Below, piece by piece: positions 63,250 through 64,000 of a stretch of 64,000 nucleotides of DNA. The notes under the pieces are model-generated. The model ran no database searches, had not been told where the DNA came from, and saw nothing but the letters and a program-made list of their open reading frames with translations. Positions within the stretch are counted from its first letter, which is position 1; each line of letters opens with the position of its first letter. Location: NCBI GenBank assembly GCA_030704615.1, contig CM060733.1:30690001-30754000 (forward strand), in the 5' to 3' direction. Position numbers and translations under genes: made by a program. This stretch comes from Takakia lepidozioides. Lineage: Eukaryota > Plantae > Bryophyta.

Positions 63250-63720
63250 GAATAAAATTGAAAGACATGATGCCAGACCCTACCCATTCTAGGACAAAGA
63301 TAAAGCGAGTCTTCTAATGATTCCCTATTTCCAACACATAAGGAGCACGAAGCATCATTATCTAGATAGAGGGATTCTATTGAGAGTAGTTGCGATGAAG
63401 CAGAGGAACATAAAAGGAGGGAGCTGAGACTTGATTGTGAGCCAAGACTGATAACATCTCGGTCCCATCAAAGAAGAGATCATGAGGGGAGCAGGCAGAA
63501 AATCCCATTGATCCCAAATGGAGCCCACGTGAGTGAATCCAGCTGCTTCCCAAACAGCCCATTTGGGTTTGAGAAATAACAAGGATTCAGAATCCAAATT
63601 ATAATTTCCAAATAGGGGTTGGCGACTGCATTCCTCAAAGGAAGTAGGCATGGTAATTTGGGTGCACCAAGCTTTCCATATAGAATTCCAAGGTCTAGAA
63701 CGATTGTCAGCCTGCTGGCA
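63250..63720 (-). mobile_element. L1-like LINE C-terminal fragment
   Basis: WNSIWKAW...QPLFGN...WEAAGFTHVGSIWD, typical of the post-RT region of L1/Tx1 elements. Confidence 0.55.
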
Positions 63721-64000
63721 TGAATCTTAGAAATCCATCTAAGAGAGGGAGCCCATAACGGAGAGGACGTGGGGCTGGCACCTATTAGGGCCGCTTTACA
63801 CTAGGGCCCAAGCCCAAGACCAAGTGATAATGGAGCATTCCCATTGGCGGAGGCCTGAAAATTGGGCCCAACGGCTTTACACTACGGCCCAAGCCCAAGA
63901 AAATGGAAGTGGGTTATTTGCCTACATGGCACCTACATGGCACAAGTTTTGGTGGCACCACCTTCTTGGGTCGGACCAAGAAAAAGGAACCTTCCTAGAA

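Overview
This is eukaryotic, intron-containing land-plant nuclear DNA. It is most likely from a non-seed plant such as a bryophyte, an inference from the moss-like NF-YA and PLS-PPR sequences, a CRE-type LINE and an algal-type HNH-like gene. Four apparently intact genes can be built: an intronless PLS-DYW PPR RNA-editing factor (195-3053 +), a 7-exon SF1 SEN1/Upf1-like helicase (20709-26365 +), a 5-exon GDSL lipase (30427-32436 +) and a 5-coding-exon NF-YA (42483-44696 -). A spliced, frameshifted gene for a membrane-associated HNH/zinc-finger-like protein lies at 36984-40492 (+), with an inverted pseudo-copy of its last exon upstream. The rest is a mosaic of PPR pseudogenes, shuffled gene fragments, local duplications and TEs: several LINE families, CRE, L1, Ty3/gypsy and DNA-transposon-like arrays. 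The top candidate for an undescribed system is the helicase. It carries an N-terminal ParB/sulfiredoxin-like domain in the same exon as the helicase N-terminal motif, plus a C-terminal Trp/GW-repeat tail resembling an Argonaute hook. Also notable are poly(A)-less LINEs that inserted twice into the same 14-bp target at two independent loci. Family assignments come from recalled motifs, not database searches.
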